Below the pieces are notes generated by a model. The model had not been told where the DNA came from, searched no databases, and worked only from the letters and a program-made list of their open reading frames with translations. A stretch of DNA of 18,474 nucleotides from Paraphysomonas bandaiensis (Eukaryota > Protista > Chrysophyceae): assembly GCA_965644295.1 (NCBI GenBank), contig CBFFRP010000581.1, positions 1 through 18,474 of the forward strand, given 5' to 3'. The position numbers and the translations under genes were made by a program. Numbering within the stretch: the first letter of the stretch is position 1; each line of letters begins with the position of its first letter. Shown here one piece after another: positions 1 through 10,952 of the stretch.

Positions 1-15
1 ACACTACGTATTGCT
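1..15 (+). other. Probable Oxford Nanopore ligation-adapter remnant (technical sequence)
   Basis: ACACTACGTATTGCT ends in TACGTATTGCT, matching the 3' end of the ONT ligation adapter as I recall it (...CAGTTACGTATTGCT), and directly abuts the telomere array. Confidence 0.8.
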
Positions 16-16
16 A

Positions 17-641
17 CCCTAACCCTAACCCTAACCCTAACCCTAACCCTAACCCTAACCCTAACCCTAACCCTAACCCTAACCCTAACCCTAACCCTAA
101 CCCTAACCCTAACCCTAACCCTAACCCTAACCCTAACCCTAACCCTAACCCTAACCCTAACCCTAACCCTAACCCTAACCCTAACCCTAACCCTAACCCT
201 AACCCTAACCCTAACCCTAACCCTAACCCTAACCCTAACCCTAACCCTAACCCTAACCCTAACCCTAACCCTAACCCTAACCCTAACCCTAACCCTAACC
301 CTAACCCTAACCCTAACCCTAACCCTAACCCTAACCCTAACCCTAACCCTAACCCTAACCCTAACCCTAACCCTAACCCTAACCCTAACCCTAACCCTAA
401 CCCTAACCCTAACCCTAACCCTAACCCTAACCCTAACCCTAACCCTAACCCTTACCCTAACCCTAACCCTAACCCTAACCCTAACCCTAACCCTAACCCT
501 AACCCTAACCCTAACCCTAACCCTAACCCTAACCCTAACCCTAACCCTAACCCTAACCCTAACCCTAACCCTAACCCTAACCCTAACCCTAACCCTAACC
601 CTAACCCTAACCCTAACCCTAACCCTAACCCTAACCCTAAC
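17..641 (+). repeat. Telomeric repeat array (CCCTAA)n, ~104 units, C-strand on +
   Basis: Near-perfect CCCTAA tandem array with one CCCTTA variant near 449-454, in the orientation expected for a left chromosome end. Confidence 0.98.
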
Positions 642-787
642 TTGTAATAGCTACTCCTATACTGTAGTCATGTATATTCTGTATTTCATTGCAACATAGA
701 ATACAGGATAACTACTAGCGATTGGCTTTACCAAACTTCAAGTACGCAAGTAGGAATTGGTTGTAGTTCAATAGGGACAGCGTAAAA

Positions 788-805
788 CCCTAACCCTAAC
801 CCTAA
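788..805 (+). repeat. Short internal telomeric tract (CCCTAA)3
   Basis: AAAACCCTAACCCTAACCCTAAA, ~146 bp inside the main array and in the same orientation. Confidence 0.9.
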
Positions 806-968
806 ACGACATGACCATTATTATCTCATTATATCACACAAACGAAATATGTCTCAGCATGGAGAATGCCAAACTATACATGTCCCATCCTTGCATAGAG
901 TCCTTACATGGAGAGCAGTAAGCATTCAAAATGTATATAAGCGATCTAACTACGACACAGAGAGCAGT

Positions 969-2852
969 CTAGTTGTACTCATCGTCCATGATCTCCAGCT
1001 GACCAGAATTGAACAGTTCCTCGAGAATCACCGCTACCTTACATCTGTCCATATATCCCCTCACATAAGCCTGAATAGTGATAGCTGCATCTTCCTTTAC
1101 CCACTCCCAACGTAGTGCGAACCCTCTGAACAACGCCTGTATCTTTACCGCAGCTTGATGTTGCTGGGTGAAAACTATATCGGATTCTGTCGACGGACGG
1201 AAGGAGGAGGAAGGTGTGGGGGGTGGGGGGCGGGATTCATACGAGGCGGACGGGCGGGTGGTGCAGGAGGCGCTGGAGATGCATCTGGCATACGAGGAGG
1301 GGGGGGGGGAGGGGGGGGAGGTAATATAGAAGATGAATCCCTGTCCCCATGGACTGCACTTTCCTCGTGCGAATCGTGCGTGCGGTTCGATTCCCTACAT
1401 CGAGACTGTTCTAGTTCTCTTTCCCGTATAAATGCATGCGCGTAATCTGTTAACAGATATGACATCTTCATACCCTCTCTGGTTCCCATTTCAACGGATG
1501 TTAGTTCTTTCCCGTCCAAACGGGATTCAAAGTAGAAGAGCGAGCCCGGTTTGAATCCCCAGCGACTCAGCTCCTGAATGTGAAACTGTCTCAGCACCTG
1601 CCGACTCTTACCTTTCTCCACGAGATTTAACCCTAGTTTATAAATATAGATCTCGTCAATGCAACATAGTACGGACACGCATTTTGTATAATACCTTGAC
1701 GGTGCACTGCGACCAGCAAATCGGAGGGAAGAGAGGAAAATTGAGTCTGACACACACATACACAGGAGATATAATCAAAAATAAAACGGTTACAACAGCA
1801 CAGAGTAGGTTTATCGATAACAATTGATACCAAACTCATATCGCACAAAGTTTAGGGTACCATGTACCTGAGAGCACCTAAAGAATGCAGATCCGTATAC
1901 AGATGATAATCTCAACATAACAGTTTCAACGTAACGCCTTTGTGGATCAAAATTCCGTTTTGCGAGGGGTGTACTTGTCACACTTTGCATTTCTTTCACC
2001 TGAATAGATAATTTACTACAGATGCAAGGGATCGAAACAACTGAAGCACGACATGCAGACCTGATCCAACAATCTCTGTTCCCAATCCTCTAAATTTGAC
2101 CCCCTCAGATGAGAAAATGGAAGAAACTCAACAATACGATTAGAAAGAAACCCAAGCACATGTCGACCCTCATCAAACGCTCCAAACTTGAAAATAAAGT
2201 GATATACGCCCAATTCAAGGGCGAGCTCAGGTGTTGTGGGATACTGCCCAGTGATTACATTGTACACTGCCTGGGTATACTGCAAGTGAAGAAGCTGATT
2301 ATCTATAACTTCTGCAGCCTCTAGATGAGACTGAACAGTTAGAGACTCCTTGGGCTTGCCCAACCTTGCAGCAACTACGTCCTTGTATTGGAAGCCAGTA
2401 ACCGATTGGGTGAATAGACGTATCATAAACACCAACTTCGAAGTGTTCGAATCAGTCCACTTCAATATTATATCTCGAACTCTATCATCGAAATCTATCG
2501 CTGCATCTATACTGGAACCGTTCAATGATTCATAAAGTCCAAAGTTAGAGGCGACAATGTCCACTCGGCCTACATCGAGTTTACTTAATACCATCTTAAT
2601 AACATCCAAGCACGTCGAAGATGGCTCCAGAAGAAACATCTTAGAAGAGTTGTCTAAAAAATATATCCGAACTGCGATAATATTCACCATCAGAATAAAG
2701 ATACCACAACATATGTACATATATCACTGTACCAATACATAGACAGTACCTGGAGTCCTCCCGCCAAACTTAGAAGACATCTCATTGAGCGATTCCTGAG
2801 GGGTAAGAGAAGAGGACGACCCACCCCTCTCTCTTCCTCCATATGCATCCAT
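969..2852 (-). CDS. FERM-domain protein (talin/myosin-VII-tail-type FERM) with proline-rich linker and two C-terminal IQ motifs; 5 exons, ~520 aa, one apparent frameshift at 1218-1230
   Basis: Exons 2852-2750, 2671-2061, 1999-1868, 1746-1695 and 1632-969, all with GT-AG introns and compatible phases. F1: VRIYFLDNSSKMF. F2: LQYTQAVYNVITGQYP...VYGSAFF. F3: LLVAVHRQGLNLV...ELSRWG...GMKMSYLLTDY. The linker is poly-Pro. Adding one C in the G6-T-G6 run (1218-1230) extends the frame into AAVKIQALFRGFALR and AAITIQAYVRGYMDR and to a TAG at 971-969. Confidence 0.85.
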
Positions 2853-2920
2853 GGCTTCGATTTGAGGTTGCTGTGCTTTGCAAATGCGACTTTCAGCCAC
2901 TTTGTAACTTTGCTAACAGC

Positions 2921-2921
<1 letters not shown>

Positions 2922-2951
<30 letters not shown>

Positions 2952-3880
2952 CATACATACATACATACATACATACATACATACATACATACATACATAC
3001 ATACATACATACATACATACATACATACATACATACATACATACATACATACATACATACATACATACATACATACATACATACATACATACATACATAC
3101 ATACATACATACATACATACATACATACATACATACATACATACATACATACATACATACATACATACATACATACATACATACATACATACATACATAC
3201 ATACATACATACATACATACATACATACATACATACATACATACATACATACATACATACATACATACATACATACATACATACATACATACATACATAC
3301 ATACATACATACATACATACATACATACATACATACATACATACATACATACATACATACATACATACATACATACATACATACATACATACATACATAC
3401 ATACATACATACATACATACATACATACATACATACATACATACATACATACATACATACATACATACATACATACATACATACATACATACATACATAC
3501 ATACATACATACATACATACATACATACATACATACATACATACATACATGCATACATACATACATACATACATACATACATACATACATACATACATAC
3601 ATACATACATACATACATACATACATACATACATACATACATACATACATACATACATACATACATACATACATACATACATACATACATACATACATAC
3701 ATACATACATACATACATACATACATACATACATACATACATACATACATACATACATACATACATACATACATACATACATACATACATACATACATAC
3801 ATACATACATACATACATACATACATACATACATACATACATACATACATACATACATACATACATACATACATACATAC
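2922..3880. repeat. (TACA)n tetranucleotide microsatellite, ~240 units
   Basis: 959-bp array with a single A>G variant at 3551; it fills most of the spacer between the divergent start codons at 2852 (-) and 3957 (+). Confidence 0.98.
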
Positions 3881-3956
3881 TGGACGAGTATATCTGTTCC
3901 GGTGATCTACTCTTGCCGATAACGATATCATATTAGTGATATCTTTAACTGCACTT

Positions 3957-6900
3957 ATGTCGGTCCCATCACTACCGCGATCCTCTAGAAGGTCTCGACA
4001 CTCCTCCTTTTACAGTCTCCGGCGAAGTAGCAGTATTTCGAAGAAGATTTCTCGCGAGAGTGTTAGATTACAGCCTCAAGAAATTTCTTCAGACGACATT
4101 TGGATTCTAGATGGAAACGACGTATGGACTCTGTGTCATGTTATAAGCCAGGAGAATTCGTCGGTAACACTGCGAAATAAGAGCACGAACGAGACGTTTG
4201 TTGTGGACTCTCTCTTTCGAGATATTTATCCGCATAGCTCACAAGTGGTGCCAGATATGACTTGCCTTCCATGTCTCAGTGAACCTACAATATTGCATAA
4301 CCTACAAGAACGGTGTCTCTCTAAAGCACCATATACCTTCATGGGTTCTGTGTTGGTGTCCGTAAATCCATTTGAATGGTACGATCCACCAGATTTCGAG
4401 TTGTACATTGGGAAGCCAATGTGTAGTGACCATCCGCACCCCTGTGCCATGGCTGGTAGGTACTTTCATGTTTACAGTAATGAATTCTGAGTTACGCTTT
4501 GTATCTATATTTGTTGTGTGTCTATCGTGTTATTTCTAAATAGTTGCGCATTGGTTTTTGTTTTCTAAGTCGTGTTCAGAGCTGTCCTACCAACAGATCT
4601 GCATGACCCATGCATTGGACCAGAGCGTGGTCATATCTGGAGAGAGTGGGGCGGTAATCTAATTTTCACATGCACTGTGCTGTAAAATATGTATTCTGCA
4701 TAGATACTTACCAACTTTGCATCTATCAGGGGAAAACGGAGACCGCAAAGATGGTTCTGTCGTACGTTGTCGGCAGAGCGACGGGCACACTGCAGAGAAC
4801 ATCAGCAGTTGCATCCCGTACAGCAGATAACATAGAAGAACGGTTACTACAGTCATCACCCATACTGGAAGCATTTGGAAATGCTAAAAGTGAGTGCCCG
4901 ACATCTAGCGTCTTGCTGTATCGTGTCAGTGTATTATTTTATATGTCGCCGTTTCAAAAGTGTGTAGAAGGTGGGGTTAGGATAGTTTTTCTAATATATG
5001 TCACACAGCTTTACGGAATCCTAACAGCTCGCGTTTTGGGAAATACATGAAAATATATTTCTATCCCAGTGAAGGTATGGCACCATAACTCTGCTGTTGT
5101 ACCTTTTACAAATAATACGTGTGGCTTTATGTGTTAATATACCCACGTAATTAGCAATCTAATACGTATCTACCCTGTCATAGGAGTAGAAAAGCATCGT
5201 CGCATAGCGGAAGCTTCAGTTGAGACGTACCTCCTTGAGAAAAGTCGAGTTGTTGGACCATCAGCTGGGGAGAGAAACTTTCATATATTTTACACCCTTT
5301 TAGCCGCAAAGGGTGTGTTTGTTTCTTTCTGTTTACGTATCTCTTTGAATAAAGAATTGTCTTTTAGAATCATTAGAGAGATCCGTTGCTTCTATTTCTT
5401 TGTCTCATTTATCCTCTGAAGAATACCTCATTCTTTGTCCCTGTGCTACGTCGACTGCGGCGAGTAGAAACCGGACAGCCATTTCCCGTCAGCCCTCCGG
5501 AGTGTCTGGAAATGTTACTTATATAGATCAGTACCAGTCTGTAGAAAAAGCTATGCGTACACTGCGGTATACAGATGAAGATATCATCGCCACATGGCGA
5601 ATCGTAGCTGGAATTCTTGAGCTAGGTAACATCATGTTTCAGGATGTCGACACGACCACAGAAGGCGAGCAGTCGAAAATAGAGAATCCGTCTCAGTGCA
5701 GCGCCGCAGCTACTCTGCTGGGTTTTTCTTCCGATGCTCTTGCTCACATGCTCACCAAGCGAACCATGGCGACAGCAAGTGAAAAGTACACCATCGCGTT
5801 GAGAGCGAAAGACTCGTTTTATGCGCGAAACGCGCTCGCCAAGGCACTCTATGCATTGCTTTTCTCCAATATTGTCGATGGCATAAATTTAAGTCTGGAT
5901 TCACGCACTGGAAGTTGCCGTTCCAATCTAAACACCATATCTGTGTTGGATATATTTGGCTTTGAATCATTTGAAAGAAATGAATTTGAGCAGCTCCTAA
6001 TTAACTATGCCAATGAGGCATTGCAAAATACGTTTAACGAGCAGGTGTGGGCATTATATTTCGATTTCCGTATCGATTATAAATATCAATATGTGTCCAT
6101 TGACTACTTTATATGAATCGGAATGATGTCATGTATGTAGGTATTTCAGCACGAATTAAAACTATTCGAGGAGGAACAAATTAGAACTTCTCTCAGTATA
6201 GAGGAGTGTCCCTCTAACACAATGTGTGTAAACATGATATATGGCGGTACTTCAAGCATTATTACTACACTACAATCTGTTGCTCAGTTACCTCAGGCGA
6301 CAGACGAAATGTTCTGTGATAACTTACATAAAATTCTCGGAAATCCACGTAACAGCGATTTTAGAAAGTATTTTCATCCAGTCCACCCAAAGGACAGGCG
6401 GGGAAAATTTATTGTTCGCCACTTCGCTGGCAAGGTTGAGTACTCCGTTGGAGAAAATGGGGCAAACATATGGTTGATGAAGAATCACGACGCAACCCCT
6501 GACGGAATGTATGGGTTGTTACAGGGCTCTAATGTCGCACTCGTTCAAAAGTTAGGTGCGATGGGCCAGGCTGCCGGAGGTAGCACGAGGCGGGCTCAAA
6601 AGGCCAGTGTGGCAGATGGATTTGCAGCATCGATGACAAACCTTTGTGCGACTTTGAAATCATCGAATTGTTCCTTTATTCGATGTATAAAGCCAAATCC
6701 AGACCAAAAGCCCCTTACGTTTGATGCCGCCTACGCGCTGGGCCAAGTGAGGGCATTGGGATTGGTACAAGTATGTGAAGTGATGAAGGTGGGGCTACCT
6801 GCCCGCATACCCTTCAGTGAAGTGAGGCATCTCATGGGCCCTGTGGCGCTAGAGGCAGAAGAAATGTTTTCGGGGGACTCCCCGGAAGTGTTTATGTCTG

Positions 6901-8957
6901 CTGTGTTATGGGCCTTAGACATTCCAGACGATGCGTATGAGATAGGAAAGACAAAAATATTCTTCAGAATTGGCCATTTGGATTGTTGCGATAAACTGTA
7001 CTCAACTGACTTCATGGCGCAGCGAGAGCGATTCATGGATCGCCTGAGGGAAGCTGTGAAGGCCCACAATGACGCCAAGGAGATTGTCGACGGTTTAAAT
7101 ATGAAACTGTGTGAAGTTGAGCACCAGCTTGTTGAGAACAAATCTGCTTTAGATAAAGTTGTTGAAGTCATCGGATTGGTTTCCCAAAAAGTGGAAGCAT
7201 TATCAACGGACCTAGGGATACTCAAGTCAACTGTTGCTGATGCTATGGGTGTGCTCAGTGAAGCGCATGATACAGTTCGGGATGTGGAACTAAATGGGGA
7301 AGATTTGGCTTCTGGCGAGCATCAGACGGAATATTTGCCGGTTAAAGATATTATCAGTAGAGCATCAAGTGTTCTTGCTACCGCGGATGAAATATCGAAG
7401 GAAATTGATGATAAAGCAAGTACTATTGAGGTAAGCTGACACCCTGTTATGTGCGTGGTTGTAGCTTCTTTCAGTCTCTGTGACTTTTATTGTAAATCTT
7501 TGTAGTATCGGTATTTGTACAAGCGTCGTGTACCCTTGTCATCTAACTGAACGATTCGTACATTCAGGATTTTTGTAGCAGTGGAGTGGCGGAGACAGTG
7601 AGTTCAAACACGGCAGATCTCTCCGAGGCGCTCTGTCGTACGGAGGCTATGATGCCCGATGTTCGGTACCTCGTGAATAAGACTGTCACCCACGCGAATC
7701 GCTGTGGCATTAAAAAAATGGAGTCTCGAGCCGATGATTGCAATCACAACCTGTCACTGATAAAGCTCAGATTAGCACATAATTTGTCTGCTGTCCAGAG
7801 TGCTGGGACGGAGGTTAATGGGGTCCTGAAGAGTGTGTGTGACATGCTTAGCACAGCAACTATGGTTAAGGATCTAGTGAGCCAGACCAATGCATATGGT
7901 CCTGAGATCAAAGGAATCTGTGAAGAAGCTCGGCGTGCCACCGCTTCTCTCCGAGCGAAACTGGTGAACGATGAGGAAGAAAGAATTGCTCAGGAAGAAG
8001 AGGCCAGGGCACGAGAAGAAGCGGATCGGAAACAAAGGGAAATGGAGGAGTTATCCGCTATTGCTGAACAGGTGTTAAATATCAACTGCAGTCAAATGTT
8101 TATAGTAAGTTATCTTATATTTCTAACACGTTGCGCTGCAGAAAGAAAAAGAACTAGCAGAGGCGATTGCACTGGAAGAACGCCTACGTTTATCTTCTGC
8201 TGAGGAATCCGTTTCCCACCCGCATTCTTTCAGTCGTGGCGAGGATGTGAGTGGCACGGGTAACCTTCCACTCGGATGGACAGTGCGTGTAGACCCAAAT
8301 ACTATGTCTCCGTTGTACATCAACACACTTTCCAACGTCTCCCAGTCGGACCGCCCTATTGCTCCAGCAAAGATGTCGCTTTTAGATGAAACTCTGTATT
8401 CTGGTTCAGAAAATGTGAGTGGTAATAAAAGTGTCCACGCCCACGACCTGCGCGCAAAGCTTCTTGATTCCCAAATGCAATCTGTGCGCAGTGATAGCCC
8501 TGATCGCCTAGATATGGATGACGAGGTATCAGAAGATGATGATGAGACTTATGACGCGGAGCAATCTCTTCCAACCGAAATTGAGTCATCATCCTCTTTT
8601 CAGAGGGTGTTCAAGAAGGGTATCCTCCTTAAACAAGGAAAGTACTTTGGTTCCTGGAGAAGGTTGTTTTTTGTGTTGGAAGGAAGTATTTTGGAGCACT
8701 ATTCGTCTTCTATGGCATATATGTCCGGTGCCCCTGCTACCAAGCAAATCCGTTTGACAGGCAAGGCAGTACTATCCTACACCAAATATAATCTTTGCTT
8801 CACTGTGTCCACTGGAGGTCGAACCACATGGATAATGATGGCGGATAACCAAAATGAATTCGATAAATGGATGAAGTGTCTCAACACTGTCATCGGCGGC
8901 TTATTCGACCAACGAATTAAGAATGTGTTAAACAAGTCGGCGAAGTTAGTGGTGTAG
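3957..8957 (+). CDS. Unconventional myosin heavy chain: SH3-like N-terminus, motor, no IQ, long helical/coiled-coil tail, degenerate WW, C-terminal PH; 9 exons, ~1404 aa
   Basis: Exons 3957-4455, 4580-4653, 4730-4889, 5009-5074, 5184-5312, 5368-6044, 6141-7430, 7568-8071 and 8142-8957 sum to 4215 nt in one frame. Motor motifs: P-loop GESGA|GKT (split by an intron), LEAFGNAKT, switch I NPNSSRFG, YLLEKSRV, ERNFHIFY, switch II DIFGFE, FIVRHFAG, FIRCIKPN, converter GKTKIFFR. WW-like LPLGW...DRP at 8265-8357; PH domain KKGILLKQG...WMKCL at ~8607-8897. Confidence 0.93.
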
Positions 8958-9290
8958 CAATTGGGATTGATTCTTGCTTCGCGTCATGTGATACGTATGA
9001 ATTGATGTCATTGTCACCTGATAATGCTGGAGTTAAATACGAACTGGTACTGTCAAGTGGAGAATTTAAGCTACTGCGGAGTACAGGTACTTTACAGAAA
9101 ATGCTAAACTTACGTCTATATTTTCACCTTACTGCTGTCAGTAATCGACACTTTGACCCATGAAGTAAGGTAATTGAAAATCTATAAACACTACACCCAG
9201 TCAATAATGAATTGTGATAACTTTCCTCGTCATCATTTTGCTCCACTGCAGCTAATCAATAATATTAATAAGACATTCAATATATATATA

Positions 9291-9429
9291 TACTCCGTTT
9301 TACCACTATATACTTATCGTCATTCATTCTCACAGCACGATTAACAAGACTACAATTGTATACTACTGTAATTTATATACCTTATATAACTAGAGCTTTC
9401 AATTGCTCTCATATAGCAGAACTCAACAT
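9291..9429 (+). repeat. Dispersed direct repeat, copy 1 (~140 bp)
   Basis: Aligns by eye to 10953-11092 with about 15 differences; shared stretches include ACGATTAACAAGACTACAA and CTCTCATATAGCAGAACTCAACAT. Confidence 0.88.
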
Positions 9430-9565
9430 AGAACATCAAAGTGATGTCAGTGCAAGCAATCTATCCTCCAAACCAGTCCTGCTTACAGACTCTAACCAGA
9501 ACTTCGCAACAACTACTACAACTATTTAATAGCTATCTATACATTCTAGATTTTCAACATAAACA

Positions 9566-9618
9566 GAGGATAAGCTGCTATTTAACCTGGGGATAAGGAG
9601 ACTATATCGTCCCGCGCT
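9566..9618 (+). repeat. Single-arm fragment of the palindromic element at 11358-11509
   Basis: GAGGATAAGCTGCTATTTAACCTGGGGATAAGGAGACTATATCGTCCCGCGCT matches the left arm directly and the right arm as reverse complement. Confidence 0.8.
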
Positions 9619-10952
9619 AGGAATATAGGAGTAACGTTTCTTGTCGAAATTTTAACGTACATATTCATGTAACATCTGATCTGTTAATCATAACATAATA
9701 TTATGACATATATTCACAAGTCAAACTTATATCTTATATATATAGTCATGCATCCGCCACAACTATATACTCGATGTAAAATAGACTTTGCCCTATCTAT
9801 GGAGCACCGTTTAAAGTTAGGAATATGGTACTGGTGTCTCACTGAAGTACGGCGCCTACACATTACATCACGCATCCCATGCTCATTGGCTTACACATTC
9901 TTCGTGTTACACCCCGCGACCAGAGACCAACTCATTCATTCATTAACCAACAATTTGTTCATCAGGGAACACACTTTTGTTTCCTCTTACAGCAAGCAAG
10001 CTACAAATAGCTATACAAATTATATTATACGTAACTTTAAAACTCTGACTTTTCGTCCTGTCAGGCGGGCTACTATAATCCAGACAGGGTGCCCGGCTAC
10101 TGGGGACCGAGAGTGGTTCTCAACTCCCTCACAACCTGGCTGTCATAAAATGGACCGGGACAGCTCGCAACTACGTCAACGCATTCTCAATACTGTCCTG
10201 TGACGTGGGGCATATCCTTCAGCATTGAAAGGAACAGCAGGGCCTATTATCAAAGCACAGACTCGACCTCAACAAGGACAAATAAATGTTCAGACTGTGG
10301 TTTTCGCCTTGATTCGCTCAAACATTTGTAATATTAGTCAATATATCAATACAAATGCAGAGAACTATTTAATAGCACTCTAGTAACTAGCTAGTTTTCA
10401 CAAGGAATGCACGTCAAAAACGTGAAATTTTTTTCCCCACGTTTGCATATATTATACTGTTTACTTACATCCCTGTCGCGGGTCGAAAGATTTTGGACAG
10501 GAACCATTACTATTACATGCATCAACAAGTAGTGATAAACAAATATTTCGTTACTACACAATGTCATATATTTTATAGCCTTTTCCAGTACATTTCTTCC
10601 ACAACTCACTCAGAACCCTACCCACCAACGTTTGAAGCTTTGGACAAACTTCATTTTCTTATCTCGGTCATTATTATGTATGACGTCGCCTTCATATTAA
10701 TATTATAATGGTTGGCAACCTCCAATACATTTACGCCGTGTTCATTTGAGCCAAATTTTTGCAACACAAGTTTCATATTGTTGCTTATATCAAAGTTTGA
10801 CATAATATGAGAAGTATTAACTTAACAACAGAAGGTAACGTATACTCAATGCTGAGAATTATAAATTATAATCAATATCTCTTATCATTCATCAATATCA
10901 TGTTGTCTCCACTACCACTCATTTCTCGTACGACGATCTTACATCGTCACTG

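Noticed and set aside
1218-1230. Programmed frameshift or true pseudogenisation of the FERM gene
   Set aside because: The shift falls in G homopolymers in what appears to be a nanopore-derived sequence, and the rest of the gene is intact. A sequencing indel is more parsimonious, though not proven.
1155-1445. Gly-rich plus-strand ORF
   Set aside because: It is the antisense shadow of the poly-Pro exon of the FERM gene.
2843-3931. Long ORFs of (YIHT)n and (MYVC)n
   Set aside because: These are by-products of a stop-free tetranucleotide repeat. They are open in several frames on both strands and show no synonymous variation.
9703-10203. 166-aa ORF in the intergenic spacer
   Set aside because: It has no recognisable motif, has AT-rich non-coding-like composition and overlaps repeat fragments. 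The GC-richer patch at ~10060-10270 could not be assigned in the frames I read.
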